64,000 nt of DNA from an uncultured Parabacteroides sp. (GCF_947855115.1 NZ_CANTZW010000017.1:13355-77354); one strand, 5' to 3'; positions 27,335-37,602 are shown, counted from the stretch's first letter. A program made the numbers and translations. Notes: generated by a model from the letters alone, not told the origin.

Positions 27335-28530
27335 ATCTCTTCATCTTTATGGTTCGTATAATAAACACGTAACGGAGTGGAAAGAACCTTGATGAAGCCC
27401 TTAGCGTCTTCGGCGGTCCAACCTTTCTGCATCTCTCCGTACTCACCGAATTTCGTCTTCACCAAATCATCCTCAGACTCTACGCCAACGGTAGAGAAGG
27501 ACAACGGACGAAGCTCTAGGATGGCTGTACCGTTCACGTTGCGCTGAGATTCTTGCAACATCGCCTCGATATCGCGCATTACCGGTTCCAGATATTGGCT
27601 CTCGTGCAAGAACATACCATACCAGTTCGCTACCTGGTCTTTCCAGTATTGTTGCCATTTGCTCAACGTATATTTCTCCAAGAAGCGGTGTGCCCCGATA
27701 ATCAACATAGGAGCGGCAGCCTCGAAACCAACACGTCCCTTGATACCGATGATCGTATCACCTACGTGCATATCCCGACCGATACCGTAAGCGGCCCCGA
27801 TCTCCTCGATCTTCTGGATAGCGGCGATCTTATCCTCGAATACCTCACCGTTCACGGCATGAACCTCACCGTTCTTGAACTCAATGCGTAATTGCTCGCT
27901 ACCCGTCTTTTTCACTTGTTTCAAGTAAGCGCTCTCGGGCAATCCTTGTGCGGAATCAAGAATCTCACCACCGCAGATAGAGGTTCCCCAAAGACCTACG
28001 TTATAAGAATATTTCAACTTCGTGAAATCAGCCTCGAAACCATGCTCCTTCAAGTAGTTGATCTCAAACTCACGGCTCAAGGCCATGTCGCGGGTCAAGG
28101 TGATAATCTCCACGTTCGGAGCCAATACCAAGAAAGTCATATCGAAACGAATCTGGTCATTGCCCGCTCCGGTAGAACCATGGGCGATAGCGTCGGCACC
28201 GATCTCGTTTGCGTAGCGGGCGATTGCCAAGGCTTGGAAAATACGCTCGGAACTTACGGAGATAGGATATGTGCCATTACGCAGCACGTTCCCGAAAATC
28301 ATGTATTTCAAGCTCTTCTCGTAATATTCTTTCGTAACGTCGATCGTTACATATTTCGTGGCGCCTAGCTTATAGGCGTTCTCCTCGTTTTGCTTCAATT
28401 GTTCCTCACTAAAACCACCTGTGTTAGCGCAAGCAGCGTATACCTCGTATCCTTTTTCCTTGGCCAGATACATTACCGTGAAAGAGGTATCCAAACCTCC
28501 GCTGAACGCTACTACTACTTTCTTCTTCAT
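27331..28530 (-). CDS. argG: Argininosuccinate synthase
   Basis: AFSGGLDTS, AHGSTGAGNDQIRF, IGIKGRVGFEA. Confidence 0.95.
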   Translation of the reverse strand: MKKKVVVAFSGGLDTSFTVMYLAKEKGYEVYAACANTGGFSEEQLKQNEENAYKLGATKYVTIDVTKEYYEKSLKYMIFGNVLRNGTYPISVSSERIFQALAIARYANEIGADAIAHGSTGAGNDQIRFDMTFLVLAPNVEIITLTRDMALSREFEINYLKEHGFEADFTKLKYSYNVGLWGTSICGGEILDSAQGLPESAYLKQVKKTGSEQLRIEFKNGEVHAVNGEVFEDKIAAIQKIEEIGAAYGIGRDMHVGDTIIGIKGRVGFEAAAPMLIIGAHRFLEKYTLSKWQQYWKDQVANWYGMFLHESQYLEPVMRDIEAMLQESQRNVNGTAILELRPLSFSTVGVESEDDLVKTKFGEYGEMQKGWTAEDAKGFIKVLSTPLRVYYTNHKDEEI

Positions 28531-28568
28531 TGTTTCTTTATTTTATGTTGTTTTTCTATCGTATTAAT

Positions 28569-29162
28569 TTAATCTCTTTTAGCTTGGTCGCGGGCATCCC
28601 GTTCTCGTTGCGCGCGATGTGGATCGGCCGGGTCGAACAACATGGCTGTACAAATGCAATACCTACGCTCGGTACGCTCCAAGATATCATGGTTCACGCA
28701 ACCGTTGCAACCCCGCCAGAAAGCCTCGTCGTCCGTCAGATCTGCAAACGTGACCGGTACATATCCCAGCTCGGTATTCATCTTCATCACGGCGGCACCG
28801 GAGGTAAGGCTGAATATCTTCGCCTTCGGCCAGCGCATACGGGCAAGCTGGAAAGTCATGTCCTTGATGCGTTTGGCGATACCCAACCCCCGGAAATCCG
28901 GATGAACGATCAGGCCGGAGGTGGTTACATACTGCTTGTTCCCCCATGACTCGATATAGCTGAATCCGGCGAATACGTCTCCCGCCAAGGCGATCACCGC
29001 TTTTCCCTCTTTCATCTTCTGGACCACATACTCGTGTGTACGTTTGGCGATGCCTGTGCCCCGGACTTTAGCGGCAGACTCGATCGTTTCTAGGATCGTA
29101 TCTACATATACCTCGTGAGAGGCATCAGCGATCATAACATCAATCTCTGTTTCTTGTTCCAT
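28569..29162 (-). CDS. GNAT N-acetyltransferase, putative N-acetylglutamate synthase
   Basis: LIVHPDFRGLGIA acetyl-CoA motif; between argR and argG. Confidence 0.8.
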   Translation of the reverse strand: MEQETEIDVMIADASHEVYVDTILETIESAAKVRGTGIAKRTHEYVVQKMKEGKAVIALAGDVFAGFSYIESWGNKQYVTTSGLIVHPDFRGLGIAKRIKDMTFQLARMRWPKAKIFSLTSGAAVMKMNTELGYVPVTFADLTDDEAFWRGCNGCVNHDILERTERRYCICTAMLFDPADPHRAQRERDARDQAKRD

Positions 29163-29190
29163 TTTATCGTTTGTTCTTAATTTTTCCCTG

Positions 29191-29631
29191 TTATATGAAA
29201 TGTGATAAAGCGGCGATCACTTTCTCTTGGCTTACACCGTTGCGGGGGATCACCAAGATCGTATCGTCTCCGGCTATGGTAGCCAGTATCTCGTTGGGGG
29301 CATGCGTATCTATGTCCGAGGCGATCCCCATGGCGTAGCCCGGACGTGTTTTTACCACCGCCAAGTTGCCGGAAAACTCGATATTCGGCTTTTTTTTGCC
29401 TTCAGGTTGTGCTTGCTTGCTTATACTCGTTTCGGGAAGACGATATACATAGTCTCCGTTTCCGTCGTGTACCTTGGCTACTTTCAGTTGCTTGATGTCG
29501 CGGGATAGCGTAGCTTGCGTAACCGAGAATCCGCTATCTTCCAGTTCTTTAAGCAGCTCTTCTTGGTTACTTATCGCCTTCGTCCGTATAATACCGCAAA
29601 TGGCATCCAATCGTTCCTTCTTTGTACTCAT
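29191..29631 (-). CDS. argR: Arginine repressor
   Basis: NQEEL, TQATLSRDIKQL, ATIAGDDT. Confidence 0.95.
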   Translation of the reverse strand: MSTKKERLDAICGIIRTKAISNQEELLKELEDSGFSVTQATLSRDIKQLKVAKVHDGNGDYVYRLPETSISKQAQPEGKKKPNIEFSGNLAVVKTRPGYAMGIASDIDTHAPNEILATIAGDDTILVIPRNGVSQEKVIAALSHFI

Positions 29632-29633
29632 GT

Positions 29634-29690
29634 TGTATATTTATGCAAAACAGGCTGCAAATATAAAGAGTATTGTTGAATAAATATACA
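29634..29690 (-). promoter_or_regulatory. Two ARG-box-like sites flanking the arg operon -7 box
   Basis: TGTATATTTATGCA (29634-29647), TGAATAAATATACA (29677-29690), TATATTTG on minus strand (29658-29665). Confidence 0.7.
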
Positions 29691-30012
29691 ATTGAGGGCT
29701 TTTTTTTCTATTATGGATAGGAGGTTGCGGATTTTTTCGCTTAGCTTAAGTTCAATCTTCGTAAGTGTTCGGTGTTTTGTCGGTTTATATTCGTCTTCTA
29801 TCAGTTGTTGGAGGAGCGTGTGCCAAGTGGTGGAAGATCATCCAATAGTTGGGAGATGGTCGTGCAACGGATGTTGGATGATGAATGTCTTTAAATGAAA
29901 AGGCGAATACTTTCTGTAGAAAGAACGAAAAGGCATGATCGTTTTGAGCAAAATGGTAGTATCTTTGCGTTATAAAGAAGAGAGTATAGGGTTTAATTTC
30001 AAGTAAAAGGAT

Positions 30013-30804
30013 ATGGAAAAAATAGCAAGTTTATTCGTGGCCTTGCTTTTATTGGCAGGCTGTTCCAGCGTACCGTTGACAGGACGTAAGCAAATGCTGT
30101 TAGTTTCGGATCAAGAGGTGTTGTCGTCTAGCCTTACCCAATATAACGATTATATAAAGACGGCAAAGAAATCGACGAACGCAAGCAAGAGTGCCATGGT
30201 AGCCCGGGTCGGGCAGAAGATAGCTGCTGCCACGGAGGAATATTTGCGGGCGAACGGTATGGCGAATGAGGTGAAAAACTTCTCTTGGGAATTTAATTTG
30301 GTGGATGATCCGCAGGTGAACGCCTTCTGTATGCCGGGAGGCAAGATTGTGGTATACGAGGGGTTATTGCCTTTAGTCTCCTCGGACGATGAGTTGGCTG
30401 TGGTCGTCGGGCATGAGGTCGCCCATGCCGTGGCCAAGCATAGCAATGAGCGTATGAGCCAGCAGCTCATGGCCCAATATGGGGCGGCTATTTTAGGCGT
30501 GGCGGTAAGCAATAAGAGCGCGGCGGTACGGCAAGCGGCCAATGCGGTATATGGTGTGGGAGCACAGTACGGCGTAATGCTTCCATTTTCCCGCAAGCAC
30601 GAATCGGAAGCGGATTATATGGGTTTGGTATTCATGACCATGGCGGGATACAATCCGGACGTGGCGGTTAACTTCTGGAAAAAGATGTCTGCCGGAAAAA
30701 GTGGCTCTACACCGGAATTCATGAGTACGCATCCCAGTGATGCCACCCGTATAGCGGAAATACAAAAAGCTCTTCCCGCTATTAAAACCAAATACAAAAA
30801 ATAA
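30013..30804 (+). CDS. M48 family metallopeptidase, lipoprotein
   Basis: LAGC lipobox, NAFCMPGGKI, GHEVAH (HExxH), SRKHESEAD, THPS; -7 box TATCTTTG at 29960-29967. Confidence 0.9.
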   Translation: MEKIASLFVALLLLAGCSSVPLTGRKQMLLVSDQEVLSSSLTQYNDYIKTAKKSTNASKSAMVARVGQKIAAATEEYLRANGMANEVKNFSWEFNLVDDPQVNAFCMPGGKIVVYEGLLPLVSSDDELAVVVGHEVAHAVAKHSNERMSQQLMAQYGAAILGVAVSNKSAAVRQAANAVYGVGAQYGVMLPFSRKHESEADYMGLVFMTMAGYNPDVAVNFWKKMSAGKSGSTPEFMSTHPSDATRIAEIQKALPAIKTKYKK

Positions 30805-30852
30805 TTAACACTTACCAGCTGCTCACTTCCCGCATGCCGCAATTTTCAATTC

Positions 30853-32661
30853 TCAATTAAAAAAGATTCCCATCTTTTTCATCAGGAAGTAAGCGTTCAT
30901 ATTCTGGGCTATCCCTTCCCTTAATTGATAAGAGAAGGATAGCTCCTCGTCTTTTATATCTGCCTCGAAGCGATAATTCTTTATTTGTTCCGGAAACTCT
31001 TCCTCCAAAGTACCTAATACTAAATCGTGAGTGGCGATAATGCCACAAGCTTTATAAGCGACCAGTTGTTTCATAAGGGCCAGAGAACCTTTCTGCTTGT
31101 CGATAGAATTTGTTCCCTTCAATATCTCATCTAGGATGATAAATAACTTCTCCCCGTTTTGCAATCTGTCGATAATCATTTTCAGACGCTTCAACTCCGC
31201 GAAGAAATAAGACTCGTTACTTGCCAAGGAATCCGAGGTACGTAAGCTGGTAACCATCCGGGCTGGATAAACCGTTAGAGAGGCGGCGCAGACCGGAGCG
31301 CCTACGCAAGCCAGTAAATAATTGACACCGACTGTCCGGAGGTACGTACTCTTACCGGCCATGTTCGCTCCGGTGATAATCAGGAACCAAGGGCTTTTGC
31401 GGATATCGATATCGTTCTTTACGCAGACTTTCCGGTTCAAAAGAGGATGGCCCAAAGCCTTGCCTTCCATCCGGAAATAAGTGTCGGCTATCTCCGGATA
31501 GATATATTCCGGATGGTTGAAAGCGAAACCGCCCAACGAGTTAAGTGCATCGAACCGAGCTAACGCGTCGAACCAAAGCGGAAGCTTATCGGCGTATGTC
31601 TGAATCCAGCGCTCCAAAAGGATGGCATGGCGTGTATCCCGTAAGTAGAAAAGATTGAAAATGATACCTGCCAAGCTGAATCGTTGGTCTAATCCTCCGA
31701 TATACGATGACAAACGCTTGATGGCGTGCGAAGCCAGCTCCTTCTCGTTCGCCAGTTGTCTACTGATCTCTTTCAGTTCCTCAGACTGGAAATTATCTTC
31801 TTCCACGCATCTCATCAGCTTTGAGTACCGATTGAAAATAGACTCCATCTTATTGACAGTCGCATAAAGCGAGTTGATTTCCTTAGCACGCCCGTAAGCG
31901 ATCACTAACGTGATCAAGAAATAAATATTCAATACACTTCCACCGATCCAGTCTAGAAAGTAAGCGGTGCCCAGTATGATCCATAATATGGGAACTGTCC
32001 AGACCAGCAGTTTCCAAGACAGGCTATCTGCGAATTTATTCTTACGCTGAGTGAGTCTGTCCATAAAGTTGACATCGTTGTCTCTCGTATCTTGCGTGTC
32101 CTGCCGGATGATTCCCGTTACATAGAAATGCTGCCGTAAGGTAGATAAAGCTGCTAATTCCTTGATTGCCTCTTGGCGTTTGACGATCTCCTTCTTATCT
32201 GTCAGAGGATTCAAGAACCAATCGGCCAGTCGTTCCCGTCCGAATCCGGTTACGGTGCGGTTGAGCGATTGAAACAAGGAGTGGTCTCCGAATACATCCA
32301 GATCCAAGCAGAAAGAGTGCTCGCCCGAGATCTTATCGGCCGCCCCGTCGAATGCGCTGAAGTCATAGTCCAATCCTTTCAGCTCATCCTCGTTCAGCTT
32401 GATCAGGGTCTCGGCGTATATTTTTCGTGCGTACATTTTATTATGGTACCACATCAGGAGCGCAAACGGAATGATATAGACGAACGTGATCCCCGTCAGC
32501 CATTGCCAACTCTCATCCCTAAATATCCATAAGGAGAGGATCGCTCCCGCCACTAAAGCCAACCGGATACTCCCCATCAAATGGATCTTCTTTTTCAAAT
32601 TACCCAAACGCCGTGTATAAGCGTCGATATTTTCTCTGTAATGACTATAGACTTCTTCCAT
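30853..32661 (-). CDS. Membrane-anchored MutS-related protein (domain V ATPase only)
   Basis: N-terminal TM pairs; TGANMAGKST Walker A, LDEILKGTNS, ATHDL. Confidence 0.85.
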   Translation of the reverse strand: MEEVYSHYRENIDAYTRRLGNLKKKIHLMGSIRLALVAGAILSLWIFRDESWQWLTGITFVYIIPFALLMWYHNKMYARKIYAETLIKLNEDELKGLDYDFSAFDGAADKISGEHSFCLDLDVFGDHSLFQSLNRTVTGFGRERLADWFLNPLTDKKEIVKRQEAIKELAALSTLRQHFYVTGIIRQDTQDTRDNDVNFMDRLTQRKNKFADSLSWKLLVWTVPILWIILGTAYFLDWIGGSVLNIYFLITLVIAYGRAKEINSLYATVNKMESIFNRYSKLMRCVEEDNFQSEELKEISRQLANEKELASHAIKRLSSYIGGLDQRFSLAGIIFNLFYLRDTRHAILLERWIQTYADKLPLWFDALARFDALNSLGGFAFNHPEYIYPEIADTYFRMEGKALGHPLLNRKVCVKNDIDIRKSPWFLIITGANMAGKSTYLRTVGVNYLLACVGAPVCAASLTVYPARMVTSLRTSDSLASNESYFFAELKRLKMIIDRLQNGEKLFIILDEILKGTNSIDKQKGSLALMKQLVAYKACGIIATHDLVLGTLEEEFPEQIKNYRFEADIKDEELSFSYQLREGIAQNMNAYFLMKKMGIFFN

Positions 32662-32815
32662 GCCCGCGAATATAGGAAAAATGAACTAACCTCTTGAATT
32701 TTGGTTTATATATTATATTCATAGGAGAAATGACCAGTATTCATGTAATTGGGGCGATAAAGCCAATTATCGTTTCTCCTATATTTGCAAACACTGCTAT
32801 AATTTAAGATCATTT

Positions 32816-33649
32816 ATGAGAAAAACGATTATATCCTTTCTTCTTCTCTTGGTTTGCGCCATGGCCCACTCGCAGGTCTTGGCGAAAGGACCGGAGGAAA
32901 GTTATAATGCGGATAGTATTCGTGAGATTTTGGATAAGTCTCCTTATTTTACCTTATTCAAAGACAACTATTTCATCGGTGGAATCCCTGTCGGCAACAA
33001 GCCTACGGCGAGAAACTCCGATGTTAAATTTCAGTTGAGTATTGCTCAGCGTCTTACGAAAAGTAAACTCCCCTTTGATACCTATCTTTTCTTACAATAT
33101 ACGCAGAAGGCCTTTTGGAATGTTTTTCAAGAGTCTTTGCCGATGCGCGACTTAAATTTTAATCCGGGTATCGGTCTGGGGCATCTTATCGTACATAAGA
33201 ATAAATACATCGGGAAAGGTTATTTGATGGTCGAGCATGAGTCGAACGGGAAAGACAGCATCTTCTCCCGAAGCTGGAACAAGATTACCTTGGCGGCTGC
33301 CGTTTTACTGAATAAGAACTGGGAAGTGCAGTTCAAGGGCTGGATACCGATCGTAGACGGTAAGGAAAATAAAGACATCCTTAAGTACAATGGTATATTC
33401 CAAGTCGCTGCCAATTACCGGACAAACAACAGGCGCTTTAATTGCGGGGTTATCTTGACCAAACGAAAGACTTGGTTCAGTTTCAATACCCAGATTGAAT
33501 TGAGCTATAAATTTAATAATAACGAGAACCAATATTTCTTCTTGCAATATTATAATGGTTACGGAGAGAACCTTCTGGAATACAACCAATACAAAAGTAT
33601 GCTACGGATCGGTTTTGTGATCAAGCCGCAAGATTTCAGTATTTATTGA
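32816..33649 (+). CDS. pldA: Outer membrane phospholipase A1
   Basis: KFQLS, YTQKAFW, MRDLNFNP, EHESNG catalytic motif, YYNGYGENLLEYN. Confidence 0.85.
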   Translation: MRKTIISFLLLLVCAMAHSQVLAKGPEESYNADSIREILDKSPYFTLFKDNYFIGGIPVGNKPTARNSDVKFQLSIAQRLTKSKLPFDTYLFLQYTQKAFWNVFQESLPMRDLNFNPGIGLGHLIVHKNKYIGKGYLMVEHESNGKDSIFSRSWNKITLAAAVLLNKNWEVQFKGWIPIVDGKENKDILKYNGIFQVAANYRTNNRRFNCGVILTKRKTWFSFNTQIELSYKFNNNENQYFFLQYYNGYGENLLEYNQYKSMLRIGFVIKPQDFSIY

Positions 33650-33782
33650 GAAATTCCGAGGTGAGGTGCCTTCTTCTTTTAGTATGTTTTGTAAAATTAG
33701 CTTAAAAAACATATCGTTTTTCTACTGTATCAAAAAGTTATTATTTCTACATTTGTAGCGTTTAATCCTAAATCAAGAAATT

Positions 33783-35210
33783 ATGTTAACAGCTATGATC
33801 GTTGTGTTCCTTGTAGGTTATTTAATGATCGCATTGGAACATCCTCTAAAGATAAATAAGGCAGGTACGGCTTTACTTATCGGTACGGTATTGTGGGTAA
33901 TGTATGCGTATGCGGCCCCGTTTTTCATTCCAAGGGCCTCGGCAGAGGAATTCAGCTTGTTCTTGGAGTCGTTTCCCTCGTTGGGTTCATTGACGTTCAA
34001 GGAGCAATGCCTTCATTTTGTCGTGGAGCACCAGGTATTGAGCAGTATCGGGGAGATTGCCGAGACACTTATATTCCTCATCGGTGCGATGATAACCGTG
34101 GAGTTGATCGATGCCCATGGCGGTTTCATGTTTATCACGAATCATATTACCACGAAGAAAAAGAAAAAATTGCTGGCGCTGATTGCCGTGATCACGTTCT
34201 TTATGTCGGCCGTATTGGATAACCTCACGACCTCGATCGTCATGATCATGTTGATCCGTAAGTTGCTCGGGAACTATAAAGAGCGATGGGTATTCGGCAG
34301 TATCATCATTATAGCGGCTAATAGCGGTGGCGCTTGGTCGCCGATCGGCGATGTTACAACGATCATGCTTTGGGTAAGGGGAAACATATCCACTTCGTCT
34401 ACGATCCCGCATTTGATCTTGCCGAGTATCGTATCGGCATTGATCCCGATCTTGATCGCTATGCGCTTCCTACATGGAAACGTAACGCCTCCCAGCGCCT
34501 TCTCGCAATTGGAGGCAGACAACGAGTTATTGAAGAAGCTGGAAGACAAGGAGAAATTATCTATTTTGATAATAGGCGTGTTATGCTTGCTGTTTGTTCC
34601 TGTATTCAAAACGGTTACCCATCTTCCCCCGTTTATGGGAATCTTGATGGGAGTGGGTGTCCTCTGGTTCTATACAGAGATGATGTATGCCCGTAAGCCG
34701 ATTGATGAAGATTTGAAGTTGCGTTTGTCTAAAGTCGTTCGCCGTATAGATGGGGCGACCCTGTTGTTTTTCCTCGGAATCCTTCTGGCGGTGGATGCCT
34801 TGCGTTGCAGCGGCGTATTATCGGATTTCGCATATTGGCTGGATGATACAGTAGGCAACGTATATGCGGTGAACCTGATTGTCGGCGCTTTGTCGTCGAT
34901 CGTAGATAATGTGCCGCTGGTAGCGGGGGCTATCGGTATGTATCCGGTCGCTACGGATGCGATGGTGGCTGCGGCGACTGATCCGGCTTATATGGCGAAC
35001 TTTATGCAAGACGGTATTTTTTGGCAGTTCTTGGCCTATTGCGCCGGGGTGGGAGGCAGTATGTTGATCATCGGTTCTGCGGCCGGGGTAGTTGTCATGG
35101 GCTTGGAACGGATCAATTTTATTTGGTACTTGAAGAATATTTCCTTGATGGCTTTGGCGGGATATCTGTCTGGCGCAGCGGTATATATTCTTCAGAATAT
35201 ACTTATTTGA
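33783..35210 (+). CDS. NhaD-like ion transporter (IT superfamily)
   Basis: SAVLDNLTT, AANSGGAWSPIGDVTT, SSIVDNVPLV, GGSMLIIGSAAG. Confidence 0.85.
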   Translation: MLTAMIVVFLVGYLMIALEHPLKINKAGTALLIGTVLWVMYAYAAPFFIPRASAEEFSLFLESFPSLGSLTFKEQCLHFVVEHQVLSSIGEIAETLIFLIGAMITVELIDAHGGFMFITNHITTKKKKKLLALIAVITFFMSAVLDNLTTSIVMIMLIRKLLGNYKERWVFGSIIIIAANSGGAWSPIGDVTTIMLWVRGNISTSSTIPHLILPSIVSALIPILIAMRFLHGNVTPPSAFSQLEADNELLKKLEDKEKLSILIIGVLCLLFVPVFKTVTHLPPFMGILMGVGVLWFYTEMMYARKPIDEDLKLRLSKVVRRIDGATLLFFLGILLAVDALRCSGVLSDFAYWLDDTVGNVYAVNLIVGALSSIVDNVPLVAGAIGMYPVATDAMVAAATDPAYMANFMQDGIFWQFLAYCAGVGGSMLIIGSAAGVVVMGLERINFIWYLKNISLMALAGYLSGAAVYILQNILI

Positions 35211-35213
35211 ATT

Positions 35214-36053
35214 ATGTTATTAATTGCGGATAGTGGCTCGACAAAGACGGAATGGTGCTTGGCAGATCAAGGCAAGCCTGTCCGGACGGTCGTGACAGCT
35301 GGTACCAATCCCTATTTCCAGACCAAGGAAGGGATTGCGGGTGAGATCCGGGATGTATTGCTGCCTGCATTGAAAGGAGAGCGGATCGATGCCGTCTACT
35401 TTTATGGAGCTGGCTGTGCCTTCCCGGAGAAGAACCGGATCGTGGAGGAGGCGATCACATCTTATATACCAGCTCCTATTGAGGTGTATAGCGACTTGAT
35501 GGCGGCAGCTCGTGCCTTATGCGGAACTAGTCCGGGAATCGCTTGTATACTGGGAACGGGATCGAATTCTTGCCTGTATGACGGAGTGGAGATAACGGAG
35601 CACATCTCTCCTTTGGGATTCATTCTGGGGGATGAAGGCAGCGGTGCCGTACTAGGGAAACTATTGGTAGGGGATTGCTTGAAACGTCAGTTGCCGGAGC
35701 CTCTGGTTCGAAAGTTTATGGACCAGTATGAGTTGACTCCCGCCTTATTGCTGGAGCGGGTGTATAAACAGCCTTTCCCGAATCGCTTCTTGGCTACTTT
35801 ATCCCGTTTCTTGTTGGAGAATATCACGGAGCAACCGATCTATAATCTGGTCTATAATAGTTTTCGTAGTTTTTTCCTCCGTAATGTGGCGCTATATCCG
35901 GGGGCTGATACGTACCCGATTCATTTTGTAGGCTCTATCGCTTATTATTATCAGGAGGTATTGAAAGCGGCGGCCTTATCTTTGGACTTAGAAGTCGGTA
36001 CTGTTGTGCAGGCTCCCATGGACGGACTGATCCGATATCATTTTACAAACTAA
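35214..36053 (+). CDS. BadF/BadG-type sugar kinase, probable N-acetylmuramic acid/GlcNAc kinase
   Basis: IADSGSTKT, ILGTGSN, LGDEGSG; directly upstream of murQ. Confidence 0.8.
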   Translation: MLLIADSGSTKTEWCLADQGKPVRTVVTAGTNPYFQTKEGIAGEIRDVLLPALKGERIDAVYFYGAGCAFPEKNRIVEEAITSYIPAPIEVYSDLMAAARALCGTSPGIACILGTGSNSCLYDGVEITEHISPLGFILGDEGSGAVLGKLLVGDCLKRQLPEPLVRKFMDQYELTPALLLERVYKQPFPNRFLATLSRFLLENITEQPIYNLVYNSFRSFFLRNVALYPGADTYPIHFVGSIAYYYQEVLKAAALSLDLEVGTVVQAPMDGLIRYHFTN

Positions 36054-36065
36054 AACGAGAGCATT

Positions 36066-36896
36066 ATGGCATTCCAAAAGATAACCGAGTCGGAGTCGTT
36101 GTACGATAATCTGGACCAGATGTCTGTCCGGGAGTTGCTGGAAGGTATCAATAACGAAGACCGGAAAGTGGCGATCGCCGTTGGTAGGGAGATCCCGGAG
36201 ATCGAGAAGCTGGTTACCCGTATTGTGGAGCGGATGCGAAGGGGCGGTCGCCTCTTCTATATCGGGGCGGGTACGAGTGGTCGCTTGGGGGTTTTAGACG
36301 CTTCCGAGATACCTCCCACGTTCGGCATACCGAATACCTTGGTGATCGGTTTGATCGCCGGCGGTGACCGGGCGCTCCGGAATCCTGTTGAGTCGGCAGA
36401 AGACGATCCGGATAAAGCTTGGGAAGAACTTCAACAGTATCATATTAATATAAACGATACCTTGGTGGGGATCGCTGCCTCGGGTACTACTCCCTATGTG
36501 ATCGGCGCTCTCCGTAAGGCACGCTTAGAGGGTATCTTGACGGCCTCTATCTCCTGTAACCCGGATTCGCCGATGGCGGCTGAGGCAGAGATCGCCATCG
36601 AGCCGGTCGTAGGCCCGGAGTTCGTCAGCGGGAGTACGAGGATGAAGAGCGGCACGGCTCAGAAAATGGTGCTGAATATGATCACGACTTCCGTGATGAT
36701 CAAGCTTGGCCGGGTAAAAGGGAATCGGATGGTGAATATGCAACTGACCAATCAAAAGCTGGTAGACCGTGGTACCCATATGATCATGGAAGAACTTCAT
36801 CTGGATTATGAACAGAGCAAAAACCTCCTGCTCTTGCATGGCTCTGTCCGGGAGGCGATTGATTCTTATCACCGCGAATGGCGGCTGAATCAATAA
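36066..36896 (+). CDS. murQ: N-acetylmuramic acid 6-phosphate etherase
   Basis: GAGTSGRLGVLDASE, AVESAED-like SAEDD, GPEFVSGSTRMKSGTAQK, NQKL. Confidence 0.93.
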   Translation: MAFQKITESESLYDNLDQMSVRELLEGINNEDRKVAIAVGREIPEIEKLVTRIVERMRRGGRLFYIGAGTSGRLGVLDASEIPPTFGIPNTLVIGLIAGGDRALRNPVESAEDDPDKAWEELQQYHININDTLVGIAASGTTPYVIGALRKARLEGILTASISCNPDSPMAAEAEIAIEPVVGPEFVSGSTRMKSGTAQKMVLNMITTSVMIKLGRVKGNRMVNMQLTNQKLVDRGTHMIMEELHLDYEQSKNLLLLHGSVREAIDSYHREWRLNQ

Positions 36897-36960
36897 AGCG
36901 TTGTGCCTTGCGGTAAGTTTTCGTATATTTGCGGCTTAAAACTATTTAATAATCCGTACG

Positions 36961-37602
36961 ATGAATTTTATTTCTAAACTATTTAAGAAGAACGTGTCCG
37001 AGACGGAAGAGGCCGGCAAGGGGTCCGTGGAGGAGTTCGTATCTTTAATCCGTGTATATTATCAGGCTGTTATGGCCGTGAACTTGGGTATCACCAATTT
37101 GAACATGCTTGCTGATATGGCTTTGTTCAAGCGTATGCTGAAGATACCGACCCAGAACAACAAATTGGGGGTTGCCGAGAAATCCCGTGTGCGCAAGGTA
37201 TTGATGGATGATTACGGATTGAGTGAGGCTTTCTTCAAGGAGATCGACAGCTCCGTGAAGAAGAACTGCAAGAACCAGAATGATATCAAGACGTATTTCT
37301 TCATGTTCCAAGGTTTCTGCAATGATTTGTTCAACCTGCTAGGTAACCTGATGCAATGGAAATTCCGCTTCTCTATGCTGGTGAAGAAGTTGTTATATAA
37401 TATGACGACAAAGACGGTTCATGAGATCTTGACCAAATCCGAATGGAAAGACATTAGTGTGCAGAAGGCCGCATGGAGCGTGCGTAAGTATGCCGAGAAG
37501 TTGGGATACTCCGAGCAATGGATCACGGATTTCGTGTATAATGTCGTGCTTCTGGCGAAAGAGGATCAGAAGAAGGAACTTAAGAAGAACAAGGAGTCAT
37601 GA
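36961..37602 (+). CDS. Hypothetical protein, predicted helical
   Basis: 213-aa ORF with -7 box TATATTTG at 36924-36931; ATGA overlap with next gene; no motif recognised. Confidence 0.75.
   Translation: MNFISKLFKKNVSETEEAGKGSVEEFVSLIRVYYQAVMAVNLGITNLNMLADMALFKRMLKIPTQNNKLGVAEKSRVRKVLMDDYGLSEAFFKEIDSSVKKNCKNQNDIKTYFFMFQGFCNDLFNLLGNLMQWKFRFSMLVKKLLYNMTTKTVHEILTKSEWKDISVQKAAWSVRKYAEKLGYSEQWITDFVYNVVLLAKEDQKKELKKNKES

Noticed and set aside
30853-32661. Canonical mismatch repair mutS
   Set aside because: Too short, has TM segments, lacks the mismatch-recognition domain
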